NCBI GenBank assembly: GCA_964016885.1
Contig: OZ024742.1
Location: 274,970,001-275,034,000, forward strand
Length of the DNA stretch: 64,000 nucleotides
Direction of reading: 5' to 3'
Source: Eledone cirrhosa
Lineage: Eukaryota
The translations under genes were made by a program, and so were the position numbers. Under the pieces are notes generated by a model. That model did not search any database and was not told the DNA's origin. It saw nothing but the letters and a program-made list of their open reading frames with translations. Shown piece after piece: positions 14,001-27,139 of the stretch. The stretch's first letter is position 1. The number at the start of each line of letters is the position of its first letter.

Positions 14001-15000
14001 GATGCATAATAGAGATGATTTAAGTCAGTAATGTTTAGTTTGTTTGTGATGATAATGTTTTTGAGAATTATGTTAGTCTTGTGTATTATCTTTTGGTTCT
14101 GTTTGGAGTTCTGGATCTTAGGGAGGGTGTCTCGTTGCCCCATGTCAGATTCTTTCATTTTCATCCATTCGATCATAATTTCATCCTTCAAGTTGGCAAG
14201 TTCATTCTCATTCATTTCTTTATCATTTACGATCCTATTATTTTCATTTGGAGTTTCATCCTGAGCATGCACTCCCTCCACTTTTTCGCTCCTTTCTTTA
14301 ATTTGTTCTGTTGCCAGTGATTCCGCCCCAACCCTGGGATTCGAAGTGTTACAGATTACCTCGTTTTCACTGACACATGCTTCATTTTCCCTTCGCTGAC
14401 TTTGTGCTACTAGCTTGATCTGATCAATTTCTATATCAGTTAGTAACTTTTTTCTTACAATATTTCTTCGTATATTGGCTAGTTTGTTACTGTCAATATA
14501 GCCTCTGTTTTCGGGATGTTTCTTTTTCCAGTTGATATATGTTTGTTCTGTATTCGATGTATTTGATGGGTAGTACATGGCAGTGTAGAAAGCCTCAAGG
14601 ACTTCTTTATTATCTTCCCTTGACCATTTTTCTCTCTTTTTCTTTGGATTTCTTGGTGGTGAGCATGGAGGGCCAACAGTAGGAGTATTCCGGTTATGGG
14701 AGGTCTCCAGCTCCGAAGTGATGGGAAGGTTTGAACCATTAGCTGATTTTTCGACCCCAGTCTGGTTCCTCTCTGAGGGACGCGGCCCTTTTTTACCCGG
14801 GTGACGGCCGATCCGGTATGAGATTTTATCATTAGACATTTACTTTATTTTGTCGTGTTTTATCCTTATCCGCCAAGGGGTAATCATTTCGTGTTACCAC
14901 TTCTAGAACGAGTGTCAACCAAGACTAGAGGGGTCGTTCTCCCCTAGAGACATGGCTATTCCCCGCCGGCCGCCATCCCGGTATTTCTTGGTCACGGGGT
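11083..15000 (-). mobile_element. Near full-length R4/Dong-like RLE non-LTR retrotransposon (5' boundary uncertain, ~15000 or up to 15960)
   Basis: Single long RT+RLE frame; 3' end at (AAT)n; next (AAT)n tract at 15961. Confidence 0.88.
11224..14839 (-). pseudogene. R4/Dong-like RT-RLE polyprotein with one nonsense codon (13148) and one frameshift (~12220)
   Basis: WKSPGKD, YRPITCL, WIDYKKAFDS, GIFQGDSLSP, YMDD, YKYLG, GGRGL, CCHC, RPD; ~11-nt and 9-nt deletions versus the 7577 copy. Confidence 0.92.
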
Positions 15001-15084
15001 TTTCTTTTTGTTGTTTTTTTTAAATTGTTATTATCATGAGTGGTTCCTTAATGTGAGCATTGCGTGGCTTAAGAATGAAATTAT

Positions 15085-15140
15085 TAATAATTGTCTCCAC
15101 TCCAGGGACAAGGCCAGCAATCACCCAGTGCATTACAATA
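15085..15140 (-). repeat. SINE 3'-part-like fragment
   Basis: GTAATGCACTGGGTGATTGCTGGCCTTGT matches 41331-41365 and 53262-53300. Confidence 0.5.
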
Positions 15141-15960
15141 ATATAATATACTTTTTGTTGTAGTTGGCTGTTATTGCTGCTGGCTATGTCGGTGGTGGTG
15201 CCGGGGCTTTTTATATTGTTGGTGAGGAAGGGGTGAGCCAGCAGTCCCATAATTGTTGATGTAGACGTTTGTCCGTGGCAAGGTCACCAAGTCAATCTAT
15301 TTATATCTTTTGCTAGCCTCTCTCTTGTCTAGTGATACCGTCACCTTCCCTTTTCTCTCTCAAGTTAACAGGGGAATAGTGTCAGTAGCATTGAATGAGT
15401 GGTGGCGGCGATGATGGACGTGGTGGGGTGGTGGCAGCGGTGGTGTTGTGGTTACTGATATAGTATCTATGAGTTTGTGTTCGTATGTTTAATATATATT
15501 TTTATTATATTTTGTGTTGACATATTCCCGTAAAATTTGAATTAAACATTTTTTAAAATTTGAGACAATAATAATAGTAATTATTATTATGATGCTGGCG
15601 AAATTGCCGTTATCTGGCTGTTATATTTAGTGTGATGGGATAGGTAGTGTATCAAGTTTCTGGTGTTGGTGAAATTGAAATTGCTGCTATTTGGCTGTTC
15701 TATATAGTGTAGACAGAGGGTGTTTTGTTCCATTTATAACCATTTTCTTTTTTTGAATACAAAATATATAATACAAAATTGAATATTTGAGCGATACAAC
15801 AATATAATATGGATCCGAAACTTTATGGGACCTCATTCGGTGCATTTATGCAACATTTGTGCTAAAAATTGTTCTTTCACAATTGATTTAAATATGTTAA
15901 AAATCAAAAACTTACGGGAGTAATTTCGTGACGTTCTACCACCTCGTGCGTCTTCTTCCC

Positions 15961-16022
<62 letters not shown>
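15961..16022. repeat. (TTA)n microsatellite
   Basis: Direct reading. Confidence 0.97.
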
Positions 16023-18595
16023 ATTCGATCTTTGGCGGACCGAGACGGACACGAGATAAGCGATTCCAAGCGGATGTGTGAGGCCTTTCTCCAGCACTTT
16101 GCTCGGTTGTTCGGGGAGAGTGGCGAGTCAGAGAGAGTAGCGGATTTCAGTCCCTACCTTGACGGCTTGCCGCGCATCTCGACGGTCGACGCTGAGCGCT
16201 GCGAAAGGCCGATTACTTCAGCCGAAATTCAGGACGCCCTTGTCGGCTGCATGAGGCGCAAGTCACCCGGTTTGGATGGCCTGCCCTACGAGCTTTACGT
16301 AAATATGCCAGACTTGTTCTCCGAACTCCTCGAAGCACTCTACTGTAACTGGCAGCAGAATGGGAGTATTCCCAGTTCTGTGAGCAGGGGAGTGGTGACG
16401 CTGATAAGGAAAGACGAGAACAAGAGGGATACATTAGACAACTTCAGGCCCATAACTCTGCTCAACACAGAGTTTAAGATTTTGGCCAAGGTGTTAGCAA
16501 AGAGATTGGCGCTTGTCGTCGAGGATTTGGTTGGGGAGGCGCAAACTTGCGCAATCCCAGCCAGGTCCATACACGACAATCTCCACCTCATGCGATACAT
16601 CATAGAGAGGGTAGGGTGTAAACCTGGATTCGGTGGGGCACTGATCAATTTAGATCAATCGAAAGCATTCGATAGGGTCGACCATCGGTATCTGGAGTTT
16701 GTCCTCAAAGCAGCTGGCTTCGGCCCTATCTTTAGAAGCTGGATCGTTGCAATGCACAGCGGCACACGCTCGGTGGTCAAGGTTAATGGCCACCTCTCGG
16801 AACCATTTCGGCTCTCCCGATCGGTCCGTTAAGGGTGCCCTCTCTCTTCTCTTCTGTACGTATTGACTCTCGAGCTTTTACTGCGGAAGCTGGAGCTGTT
16901 GCAGGGCATCCCGCTCGAACCGGGACGTGGAAAGGCGGTGTCGGCTTATGCGGACGACATCACCGTGATGGTGTCGAACACCTCAGAAATCGAGGTGGTC
17001 GGCACCTTATTGAAGGAATATGAAAGGTTGACAGGAGCCAAACTTAACCCGGAAAAGTCGGTGGGCTTGCAGCTCGGAACCTGGAGAGGCAAGCCCATGC
17101 CGTCCAACAGCGTCGTGGGGCGCTGGACGGACGGACCAGTAAAGTTGCTCGGGGTTTGGTTCGGACCAGACCTCCAGGTGGAAAAGAATTGGGACGAGGT
17201 AACGAGCAGAGTAGCCAGTCTCACCCAAAAATGGGCTGGGAGCAAGCTATCACTGAAAGGTCGCGCGGAGGTGGCGAATGCGTACATCGCGTCCGTCATC
17301 TATTACCGCCTAACCGTCGTGCCTTGCCCCGTCCGCGCCTCGTCAAGTTGGAACGGCTCCTCTTCAAATTCTTGTGGAGGGGACAAATTCCGTTGGTGAG
17401 GCGGTCCATCTGCTTCCAGCACCCTCTACGCGGAGGGCTGGGCATGCCGTGGCTAATGATGCGCAGACATGCGTTGAGGCTGCGACATCTCCAGATATTC
17501 TGTCTCAATGGTGAACAGGTATGGTCGCCGTTTATCAGACGGGCCTTTCCGCAGCTCATTTCTTTGACTGAGCTGCAGTCCTGGGTCAAGAAGAGACCGA
17601 GACTGGGTGACTGGCACCTGGAATGTTGCCAGGCACTCACTGCCCTCTACCAAGCGGGCAATGCGATCAGTGGAACTTCCACTCTCGAGTTCTATAGAGG
17701 ATTAGTGGTGGGCAAGTGCGATGACGCACTCGGAGAAGCTTTGGGCCTCGACGAAGTCGAACTGACCAGTCTGTACCGGAGGACTTTTGAGCCGGGGACG
17801 ATGGACAATTTCCAGAAATCCCTCGCTTGGCAGTGCTACCGGGGGCACTGCCGGTTCGGGATAAACTCTACAGGCACGGAAGTGCTGTCAGACGGACCTG
17901 CCCAAGATGCGCACAGAACGACGAAACCGTTCTGCACGCACTTGTCCAATGTCCGTGCATTACTGACTTGTGGAGTTATGTCGAACAGCTACTGTCGCGT
18001 GTGGAACGAATCCGGTTATCGGCCGAGTCCATAGTGAAGATCGAGCCGCCGCCTTCCTTAGGTCAGGAAGAGCAGGACATTTTCCTCTGTCTGGTGGCAG
18101 TTGCGAAAGAGATTATATGGTGGACCAGGTTGAAAGGACTAAAGACAGACACTTTTCTCTTCGGCCAATCCCTCATCAACTTCTTCAAGTTTCACCTGGA
18201 AAGGAGGGTGAGGGTGGAGAGAGAAGTGCTGCCCCCCTCCCCAGTACATTTGCTAAAAGGTGGGTGAATGTGGCGAGAATGGCTCGTGTGAATGGGCCTA
18301 CTCTGACCATGCGCCTATAGGCTAGCTAACTTGAGGAGAGGGGTGCTCTCCTGGGTGCCCTAGAAGCGCAGGGTGGTTCAGGATTGGTGGGGTACCCGAA
18401 TCACCCCAGGGTCGTCCACCCCCTATCGGGGAATTTATTTTGTTATATTTTGCATAGTTTATTTTATATTTTTATATTTTCATTGTTAAATTAGTTTTGC
18501 CATTGTGCACTTTTACTCGACCTTATTGTGAACCCCCACTGTCCCTGTCTTTGTATTGTCCCCTACATGTTGGCCCTTGTGTCTAATAAATGAAA

Positions 18596-18597
<2 letters not shown>
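16023..18597 (+). mobile_element. 5'-truncated Tx1-like copy C (divergent subfamily), RT to 3' end
   Basis: ORFs 16032..16832, 16863..17399, 17156..18034, 17827..18267 with RT motifs; flanked on both sides by (ATT)n. Confidence 0.92.
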
Positions 18598-18657
<60 letters not shown>

Positions 18658-18666
18658 GTTATTATT
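18598..18666. repeat. (ATT)n microsatellite
   Basis: Direct reading. Confidence 0.97.
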
Positions 18667-21600
18667 GGCGACCTATGTAGGAAATCGTATCATCGTGAGT
18701 TCCGCAAAGATTTTTTGTTTTCAGTTGTTTCAAATTGCCATTTATGGAAAAGTTTTGTTAAGTGTTTATAAGGTCAAATATATTGCTTTCGGAAAAGGAC
18801 ACTCAAAAAGATTGGGGTCTTCAGCCCAAAATTTAAACTTTTATAATTATCAAACAAAAATTTCTTTGAAAAAATCATGGACGACTCACAGCTACACCAA
18901 GCTGATAGCCTTCCTGACAAACTAACACCTCACACCAACACCACCATTGTAAATATTACTACGTTTGCCAACATTAAAAATATAAGCAGTAGCAATAATT
19001 TAAATTTGTCTCATGTAGACATTCATTTCCCACCATTACCAAAAACTGCAGGTGTTAAAGCCGCCACCCCCACCTCACCACAGCGACAACAGAAACAAAA
19101 GAAAAAAATAAATTATTATCTCGTGACATCGAAATGGATTCACCCAGAATCGACTCTTCCACACCGAACACCACTGACGCCACCACCACCACAACTGAAA
19201 CTAAAAATAACAATAACAAATATAACAATAACAACAACAGCAAAAACAACAATGAGAATAACAACAAAAACATCAACACGACCGCAAATGTGTCGTTTTC
19301 CAAAGCAGCCAAGAAATGCGAAACAATCGAGGTAACTTAGGAGGAATTAAATGAAGCCAAGAGAATGGTAAAGAAAGATGGGTACAGGGTCAGCCTCCCC
19401 TCCCCCTACCTAATAAAATGGAGCCTCGGCGCCTATGCACCGTGTCTTATCGGACGATTAACACAAAATCACGCCGGATGGAACGGACATCCGAGTCCCA
19501 AATCCAAAAAGCTTTGGGACATGTGCGGGCGAAAAAAACCCACATCAGACTTGGGCAGAAATATGGAACCGTGGACGTGTTCTTTGGAACACCACAGGAG
19601 GCCAGAGAGCACTCTATAGCCCCATTAAGAAGCGACGACTTCACACTCGTCCCAAGCTATTGTGGCCAGAGACTTGTGAAGATCAGGGTGACCCACGTTC
19701 CACCGGCCATCGAAATTCCCTGGCTAATGTCTGCCGTCCTCGCCGGCATCGAGGCCAACACCAAAATAATTGAAATATCAAAAGAAAAGCAGGAGAACTG
19801 GTCCGGATCTGCGATGGAGCTCCTGATCCAAGCGGAGCAAAAAAGCATTGAGGAAATCCCAGAGGTAATAGACCTCACTGACGGCAGCCACATCACGGTA
19901 ATCGTCGAGGGTAGAATGCCTAGGTGTGTCGTTTGTGGTGAAGGAACCCACCTAAAGGCTTCTGTCCTCAGGCTAAAAGGTTGAGGCCACCTCTCTTACC
20001 CACCCCAGTGACTCAATCATCATCACCACCAGCAGCAGAAATGGCAGCAACAACAGAAGCAACTGTAGCAGCAACACCCCAGCAACAGTAACAAAACCAA
20101 CACCACCACCACCCACCGCGCCAGAACTAGCACCAGCGCCTCCACCATCCACCACGCCACAACCAAAACCAACGCCTGTGGAGGATTTTCCACTCCCCGA
20201 CCTATGGCAACTGGTGTAAGATTGTGACGACGAGGAGTGGGAAACTGTATCAGGAAAAAAGAAAAAAAGAAAAAGAAGCCAAAAAGAAAAAAATCCCCTT
20301 CCTTCCCCCTCCAAAAACAAAATACAGAGGGAAACAAATAATCTTTCAAACAAAAATGTTAGGACAGGTATGCCACCATCCATCCACACCAGCATCACCA
20401 ACCCCATCACCACAAACATCCAACACCATCAACATCATTAACCCCAACACCACCGTCACCAATACCACAAAAGTCACAAAAAAGCGAAACAGAAACAAAC
20501 CCACAACAAACGCAAGCAAAACAAAACAACCAAAACGATACGCACTACACAGCATTAAATTTGAACAACAACCAATTATTACACTACATCCAACACAACA
20601 CCAGCATCACAGAAAAAGACTACACAACACCCCAAAAGTTCACACCACCTCCACACATACAAATCACTCGCATCACACAGAAAAGGTACACGACACTAAA
20701 ACATAAATTCCCTAAAGACATCGGAGACTTCTGACAAGCACTCTCCAGGAAGATTTATAAGAACATCCTTCCGGAGGAGGCCACAAGCTGTGAAAAGGAT
20801 GGAGAAACCACCCTTCCTCTACGAGAAGTAAGGTAAGTAGTCTTTCCCATCTTTTCCCCTCCTTTTCAGCATGACCGCATTCAGAATAGGCAGCATAAAT
20901 GCGCGTGGCTTGGGGCCACCTGCTCAACGACCTCAGCTCACAAAACATAGATGTAGGGGCCATCAGCGACACCAGAAACTCCGAAGCACGGGCCTTAGCA
21001 CCGATCTTCGGCGACTATGATGTGTATGCATCTCCCAGCCGTTCTGGATCGGGGAAGGAGTTGCTGTGCTTTTTCGGAGAGGTTTGGATCTCGCCATACG
21101 GGCCATCTTCCTGGACCCAGAAGATAAGTTGGTGGTGCTGGACGTGACCAGCGGAGACGGGCAAACTTTCAGGCTAGTGGCCGTCTATGCCCCGACAGAA
21201 GCAGGGCGGCCTGACTTCTTCCGGCGTCTGGAGACATTTCTTGGAACATCAGTGGGGGTCATCGTCAACAACAGAGTGGTGGTTTGCTCTTAAAAGAGCG
21301 ATTAGAATAGAGTCCATTAGGTTTAGTAAGGATTTAGCTATAAATAAAAATAGAGCAGAGGGAGAAGTAATTAGAAAATTAGACGAGGCGCTTAGCAAAG
21401 GCATCGCGACCGACGTACTTGCGGCGAAATTGGCCCTTGACCAATTCTTCAATGCAAAACACGAAGGCTGCGTTGTCAGAGCTAGGGTGCGTGCTCTCAG
21501 ACACGAGGGGATGAAAGCCGTTCAATGGGACCGAGTGGCGGAGCCGCGTCGTCTCAACAAAGCCACGATCCGGTCTTTGGTGGACCACGACGGGCGCATG

Positions 21601-22975
21601 TTACTCGATCCCGGGCAAATGTGTGAAGTTTTTCAGCGACACTTCGCTCAGCTGTTCGGAGGCAGCGGCGGGCCGGGTCGAGGGATGGACTTTAGTGTCT
21701 ACCTCGACGGATTGCCGCGGCTCTCGGCCACTGAGGCGGAGTATTTCACAAGCCGATAACAGCCGCTTAAGTACGGGAGGCAATGACTGGCAGCACAAGG
21801 GGTAAATCGCCTGGTTTGGATGGTCTGCCCTATGAACTTTACGTACAGATGGCAAACTTGTTCGGAGGCCTCTTGGCGGACGTCTACTGCAACTGGCAAC
21901 AGAACGGGAGAATTCCCAACTCTGTGAGCCGAGGAGCGGTGGCGCTGCTGAGAAAGGATCCATACAAGGGGGATAACATAGATAATTTCGGCCCATAACT
22001 CTGCTAAACACAGAGTTCAAGATTTTCGCCAAGGAGCTAGTAAAGAGTTTGGCGCTTGTCGTTGGTGTTCTGGTGGGAGAGGCGCAGACATGCGCCATTC
22101 CCGACAGATCCATCCACGACAACCTCTACCTCATGCGATACATCGTGGAGAGGGTAGCTAGGGAATCTGGCATGGGTGGGTCCTTGATAAATTTAGATCA
22201 GTCGAAAGCTTTCGATATGGTTGACCATCGTTACCTAGCGGCAGTCCTGAGGGCGGCTAGCTTTGGGCCCGTCTTCAGAGGCTTGATCGCTGCAATGCAC
22301 AGCGACATCTGCTCTGTGGTGAAAGTGAACGGTCACCTTTCGGAACCGTTCAACATCATGCGCTCGGTCCGCCATGGGCGGAGAGGAAGCTATCCCTGAA
22401 AGGTCGAGCGGAGGTGGCTTCCGCGTACATCGTGTCCGTCATTTACTACCGCCTGACCGTCGTACCTTGTCTTAAGCCTCTCCTGACTGCACTGGAGCGT
22501 TTGCTCTTTCGCTTTTTGTGGAAAGGACGCGCTCCGATGGTCAGGCGGTCCATCTGCTGTCAACACCTGCTACATGGAGGGCTTGGAATGCCGTGGCTGA
22601 TGATGCGCAGACACGCGCTCAGGCTACGACATCTCCACTTCTTCCTCGATTGTGATCAGGTGTGGTCGCCGATTGCTAGACGCGTCTGCAGTCCTGGGTC
22701 AAGCGAAGACCGAGAGGGAGCGCTTGGAGACTGGAATGTCTTCAGGCGCTCACAGCCCTCGACTAATTGGGCAATGTGATCAGTGGAAACTCCACCTAGG
22801 TGTTCTATAGAGGATTAGTGGAGAGGAAGAGCGACGTCGTACTTGGGGAAACTCTAGGCGTCGACAAAAATCAACTAGCCAATCTCTTCGGAAGAACTTT
22901 CGGGCCGGGGCCTATGGACAACTTCCAGAAATCCCTGGTCTGGTAGTGCTACCGAGGAGATTTGCCAGTTCGGAA
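18667..22975 (+). mobile_element. Degenerate Tx1-like copy D with 5' end, internal deletions, 3'-truncated
   Basis: ORF1 from 18877, ORF2 ATG at 20871; deletions at ~21252, ~22375 and ~22685 relative to copy A. Confidence 0.9.
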
Positions 22976-23474
22976 TCTCACTTTATTAACAAATATGGAC
23001 TCCGTCTAAACACTTCTCCCTAAGACGAACCCACAACATACACACCTCAACATACATACCTACATCAGCATATATCCTACATACATTTCTATCCACATGT
23101 AAACACAATGACATACGTAAACACACATGTCCTATGGTGCAACACATATATACACAAATGTGCATACCTTTTGATATTTGTAGATATAAACGTGCCGACA
23201 CACACACATACTCACACATGTATTGCACATTGATGGGCACATACATATTTGTACACAAGTATCCCATACGGTAGGGCCTAATGGATTCCCCTTGCAGTAC
23301 GTACAATCTGGACACTCACTCACACATTGGTGTTATGACAATACTATACATCATTTCACCTCTTTTATTATTGATGTTTTTGATGTTCTTTTAAGAGAAT
23401 CGTTTTTGCAAATGACTGAAAATATCGAATAATGTACACCATTTTTACCAGTATGGACAAAAATACTGGTCCAT

Positions 23475-23486
23475 CCACACACACAG

Positions 23487-23542
<56 letters not shown>

Positions 23543-23575
23543 ACACATACACACGCGTACACTAACATACAAACA

Positions 23576-23648
<73 letters not shown>

Positions 23649-23878
23649 CTCCGTATAAGACAAGAGCTGAAAAATGTTTCAACATGTTAAAATACCCCCC
23701 ACACACGTTCACACACATTCCTACTGATCGATCCATTCCCTCTACCACGAACCATTCTGCTACACACACACAAATATTTGTCTTAATAGACACCTGAACT
23801 GTTGACCTTTCAACATGACTGCACCTCATACACATATCCCTACTGACCATTATCACAACAATGAACTTCTTTACTACA

Positions 23879-23923
<45 letters not shown>

Positions 23924-23924
23924 A

Positions 23925-23980
<56 letters not shown>
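23475..23980. repeat. (CA)n clusters in an imperfect higher-order repeat
   Basis: CA tracts followed by recurring TTTGTCTTAA.AGACA...TCAACATGACTGCA. Confidence 0.85.
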
Positions 23981-23981
<1 letters not shown>

Positions 23982-24049
23982 TTGTCTTAACAGACATGTT
24001 TTTCAGTGACTTCTCAACATGACTGCAACTCAATCAAGCGAAAAAGGAC

Positions 24050-24470
24050 ACTCTTCGACAAACCTTCATTTGGCGCCAAAACAGTTCGCGCTAAAATCAG
24101 TGTTAAACATTCACGTGACCTCTACCGACCAATCAAAATTGTTTTGACTACAAGAATTTTTGCAACACGAATTGGCGCGATATTTATAGTACTTATTCAC
24201 GTGACATCCAACAACCAACCAACTTTTAATACCTCTGGAGCCACTTTTTTCACATAAAACAGGAAGAATTTCCAAAACTGATCAGATTAGAGCAAACATC
24301 ACGAGCGCTCTATCTCAAAATTATTTTTGAAAAGAATTAGAAATGCGCAACCGGTAAAAACTTAAAACTAAAACTGAATACTAACCAATACTTATTACTA
24401 ATTTATACTTATTCCTAATTAAACTATTTTTCACTGGGAAACATTTGTCAGCATTTCCTTTTCCTTTTTA
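24050..24470 (+). repeat. Dispersed Penelope-associated terminal repeat
   Basis: CACGTGAC sub-repeats resemble 59300-59670; 24368-24470 is repeated at 54790-54893. Confidence 0.55.
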
Positions 24471-24486
24471 CAGATATATATATATA

Positions 24487-24580
<94 letters not shown>

Positions 24581-25059
24581 TTGCAAGGCTTTTGATATTA
24601 AATCGTATTATATTTGGGGAGGGTCATACATATTGCCAGAAATAATGATAAAATACACTCACTGTTTGGTTTGGATTGGTTTTCGGTTCTGTATTTTTCA
24701 TATCTCCATAGTTAATTGATATAGCAATCAATGTTTATGATTGATTGACCAATAGTTAAAAATACATATATAAATGTATATATATAGTCTATCAAAGTTC
24801 TTTCATCACACACCTGTGACATTATCAGTGGTACTATTATGTTTCCTCCCGTTGTATTGTAATATATACGTCATTTTTATTTTATTTATTTATAAACATA
24901 ATAGTAGAGCACTCAGTCCATTTGACGAGTTTAGTAGAAGTAGTTCCACAACATTTAATTCGCCATTTCCGAGAACAATTTGTTTCACCCTAGACGGATT
25001 ATCAGCTCGGTTTAACTGAGATTATACGGAAACGGAAAATAATTATACGAATACGCAAT

Positions 25060-25730
25060 AGAAAAAGAAGCCGTGTTAATAGAAAAATAACTGTGCTCAC
25101 AGCCCCCTTCTCAATCAACGTTAAAACTAATCTAGAAAAAAGATCTTTAGCTTTCCTAGATCACAAAAACCCTTAGGTCACAAAAACCGCTCCATCTTTA
25201 ACAGACACAGGATGAAGCTTGACTACTACTGTGTTAAGTATATGAAGGCCCACATCACCAACAACCCTAAGAACAGAACCCCACCAAGTTGCTTATGCCG
25301 AAGGCATAAACAACAGTGAAACACTCCCGCTTTAATTAACGAAGCTCTCGTCACTTCTAACCGACTTAATCTACAACAAGGGGTAAATCCTATGTAGTTA
25401 TGGCGACGAGCCCGTTTAAAGAACGCTTCTTGAATCATCTGTCCACATTCAGACACTCGAACAATAGATCGTCCACGAAGTTCGCAAGGCACATATTGTC
25501 TCCCAAAGACGCAGGCGTGGATTACTCCATTCAATGGAAAGTTATAACCAAGTCCAAGCCATACGGAAATGGGAACCGTCTTTTGGGCTGTGCATTATAT
25601 AAAGAATCAATATTCTGATGATATTGCATAATAGTGCTTATCTAAATACAAGATCTGCGTCCGACTCACGTTGTCCGCAGGTTTCGAAACATCCATTACG
25701 TACTTTTGAAGCTCAAGACTGTCTACTATA
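25060..25730 (+). pseudogene. Penelope GIY-YIG endonuclease relic
   Basis: APFSINVKTN, FKERFLNHLSTFRH, YSIQWKVI motifs. Confidence 0.65.
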
Positions 25731-26597
25731 AGGAGTGTGTCTGTGTGTGTGTGTACAGAGCTGTGAAGTTAAATATATTTGTGTGTATGTGTTTTTCGTT
25801 GGTCTGTATAAGGTGTAACAGTGAGGAACCTAAGGATTGAATGTACGCGCACGTGTGTGCCAACGGTCGGCGTATAGACGTAAGCTCGTCCAAATGTATG
25901 CAAATTAAAGAAATTAGGGAGGGAAGTTGAGTCCATTGAGGAAACTGAACTCAAGGCGGAAGATCAGACTTTCTTTCTCGGCAAACTTATAATATACTTT
26001 TCTTTTCATCTGAGGCCTTCCGCTGCCAAAAAAAATGGTCTTTTTTTTATTGTGCGTGACATGATTTATTGAATCTATGCAGCCTATTATTAATCGCTAC
26101 TGGCATCCCCGCGTCACTGGTCTCTCTTATAATCTCCGGCTATATTGCTATGTGCTGTTCCAGTTTTGAAAATAGAAGTGTATTAAACAATGCAAATGAT
26201 TCATGAAATAATTGTTATATAGGTTATATGCTTGAAGAGGAATAAACTTTTCAAAGGCATGAACCAGAGAATTAGAGTGAGAGAACAGCTTATATATAAT
26301 TTAAAAGCGAGTGTTAAGAAAGTGAGTTATGGCATAGTAAAGTAAAATAATAAAACTTAATATTTTAAAACTGTGTTTTGTTCGTTTTAATATGAATGTG
26401 GTGAGAAAAAATAGTGGCTGTATTTAGTTTAGATTTAATGAACCAAATATAAGAAGTACCACGAGAGGAAGTGACAGATACAAGAGAAAATACAGAATTG
26501 AAAGGTAGAGAACAACACGCACAGATATAAACATACACCACACACACACACTAACACACACGCACACACACAGAGACACAGACACAGAGACACAGAG

Positions 26598-26668
<71 letters not shown>

Positions 26669-26965
26669 CGACCCGGTTTATCTAATTCCAAAACACCCAT
26701 TGGGGTAATAAAATCTAGACGAATTAATACAAAATTTCGCTCGTATTTTTTCCCTGAGTGCAGGTCCTGGTATTAGAAAAGATTATTAATTATCCAAATA
26801 AATTAAAACAACCAATATTGGAAGAAGGTATTTCATTGGAGGGATCTTAGATGTAGAAAAATTCAATAGATATCATACGAAACTTGTCGTCGTTTTTAAT
26901 CAGCGTGGTGCATTGAATAATACGCGCGTCATTCGACAACCAAATGAATGTGTCTGTCAAGACAA
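26669..26965 (+). repeat. Local duplicated segment (second copy 28215-28406 + 30367-30465)
   Basis: Shared CTCGTATTTTT...TGCAGGT...TTAATTATCC..GCGTCATTCGAC.ACCAA.TGAATGTG. Confidence 0.7.
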
Positions 26966-27139
26966 TATGAGAGGACCCTAGACATAGTACATAGTACTAT
27001 AACAGTCTATCAACTCAACCAATACATCTCTACTAGCTACAATAGAAGTTTTCTTTTAAAAGTCAGATGTCAGGCTACCTGGAAGCAAACATTACAGATG
27101 TTAATAAGATAAGTTAAGATTAATGTATACAAGGTTAAT

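Noticed and set aside
14840-15960. HDV-like ribozyme expected at the 5' end of the R4/Dong element
   Set aside because: Could not assemble P1/P2/P3 by eye; needs a descriptor search.
23351-24033. Long ORFs rich in CV/HT/YI dipeptides (also 44710-45069, 54853-55084 and others)
   Set aside because: Translations of CA/TA microsatellites.
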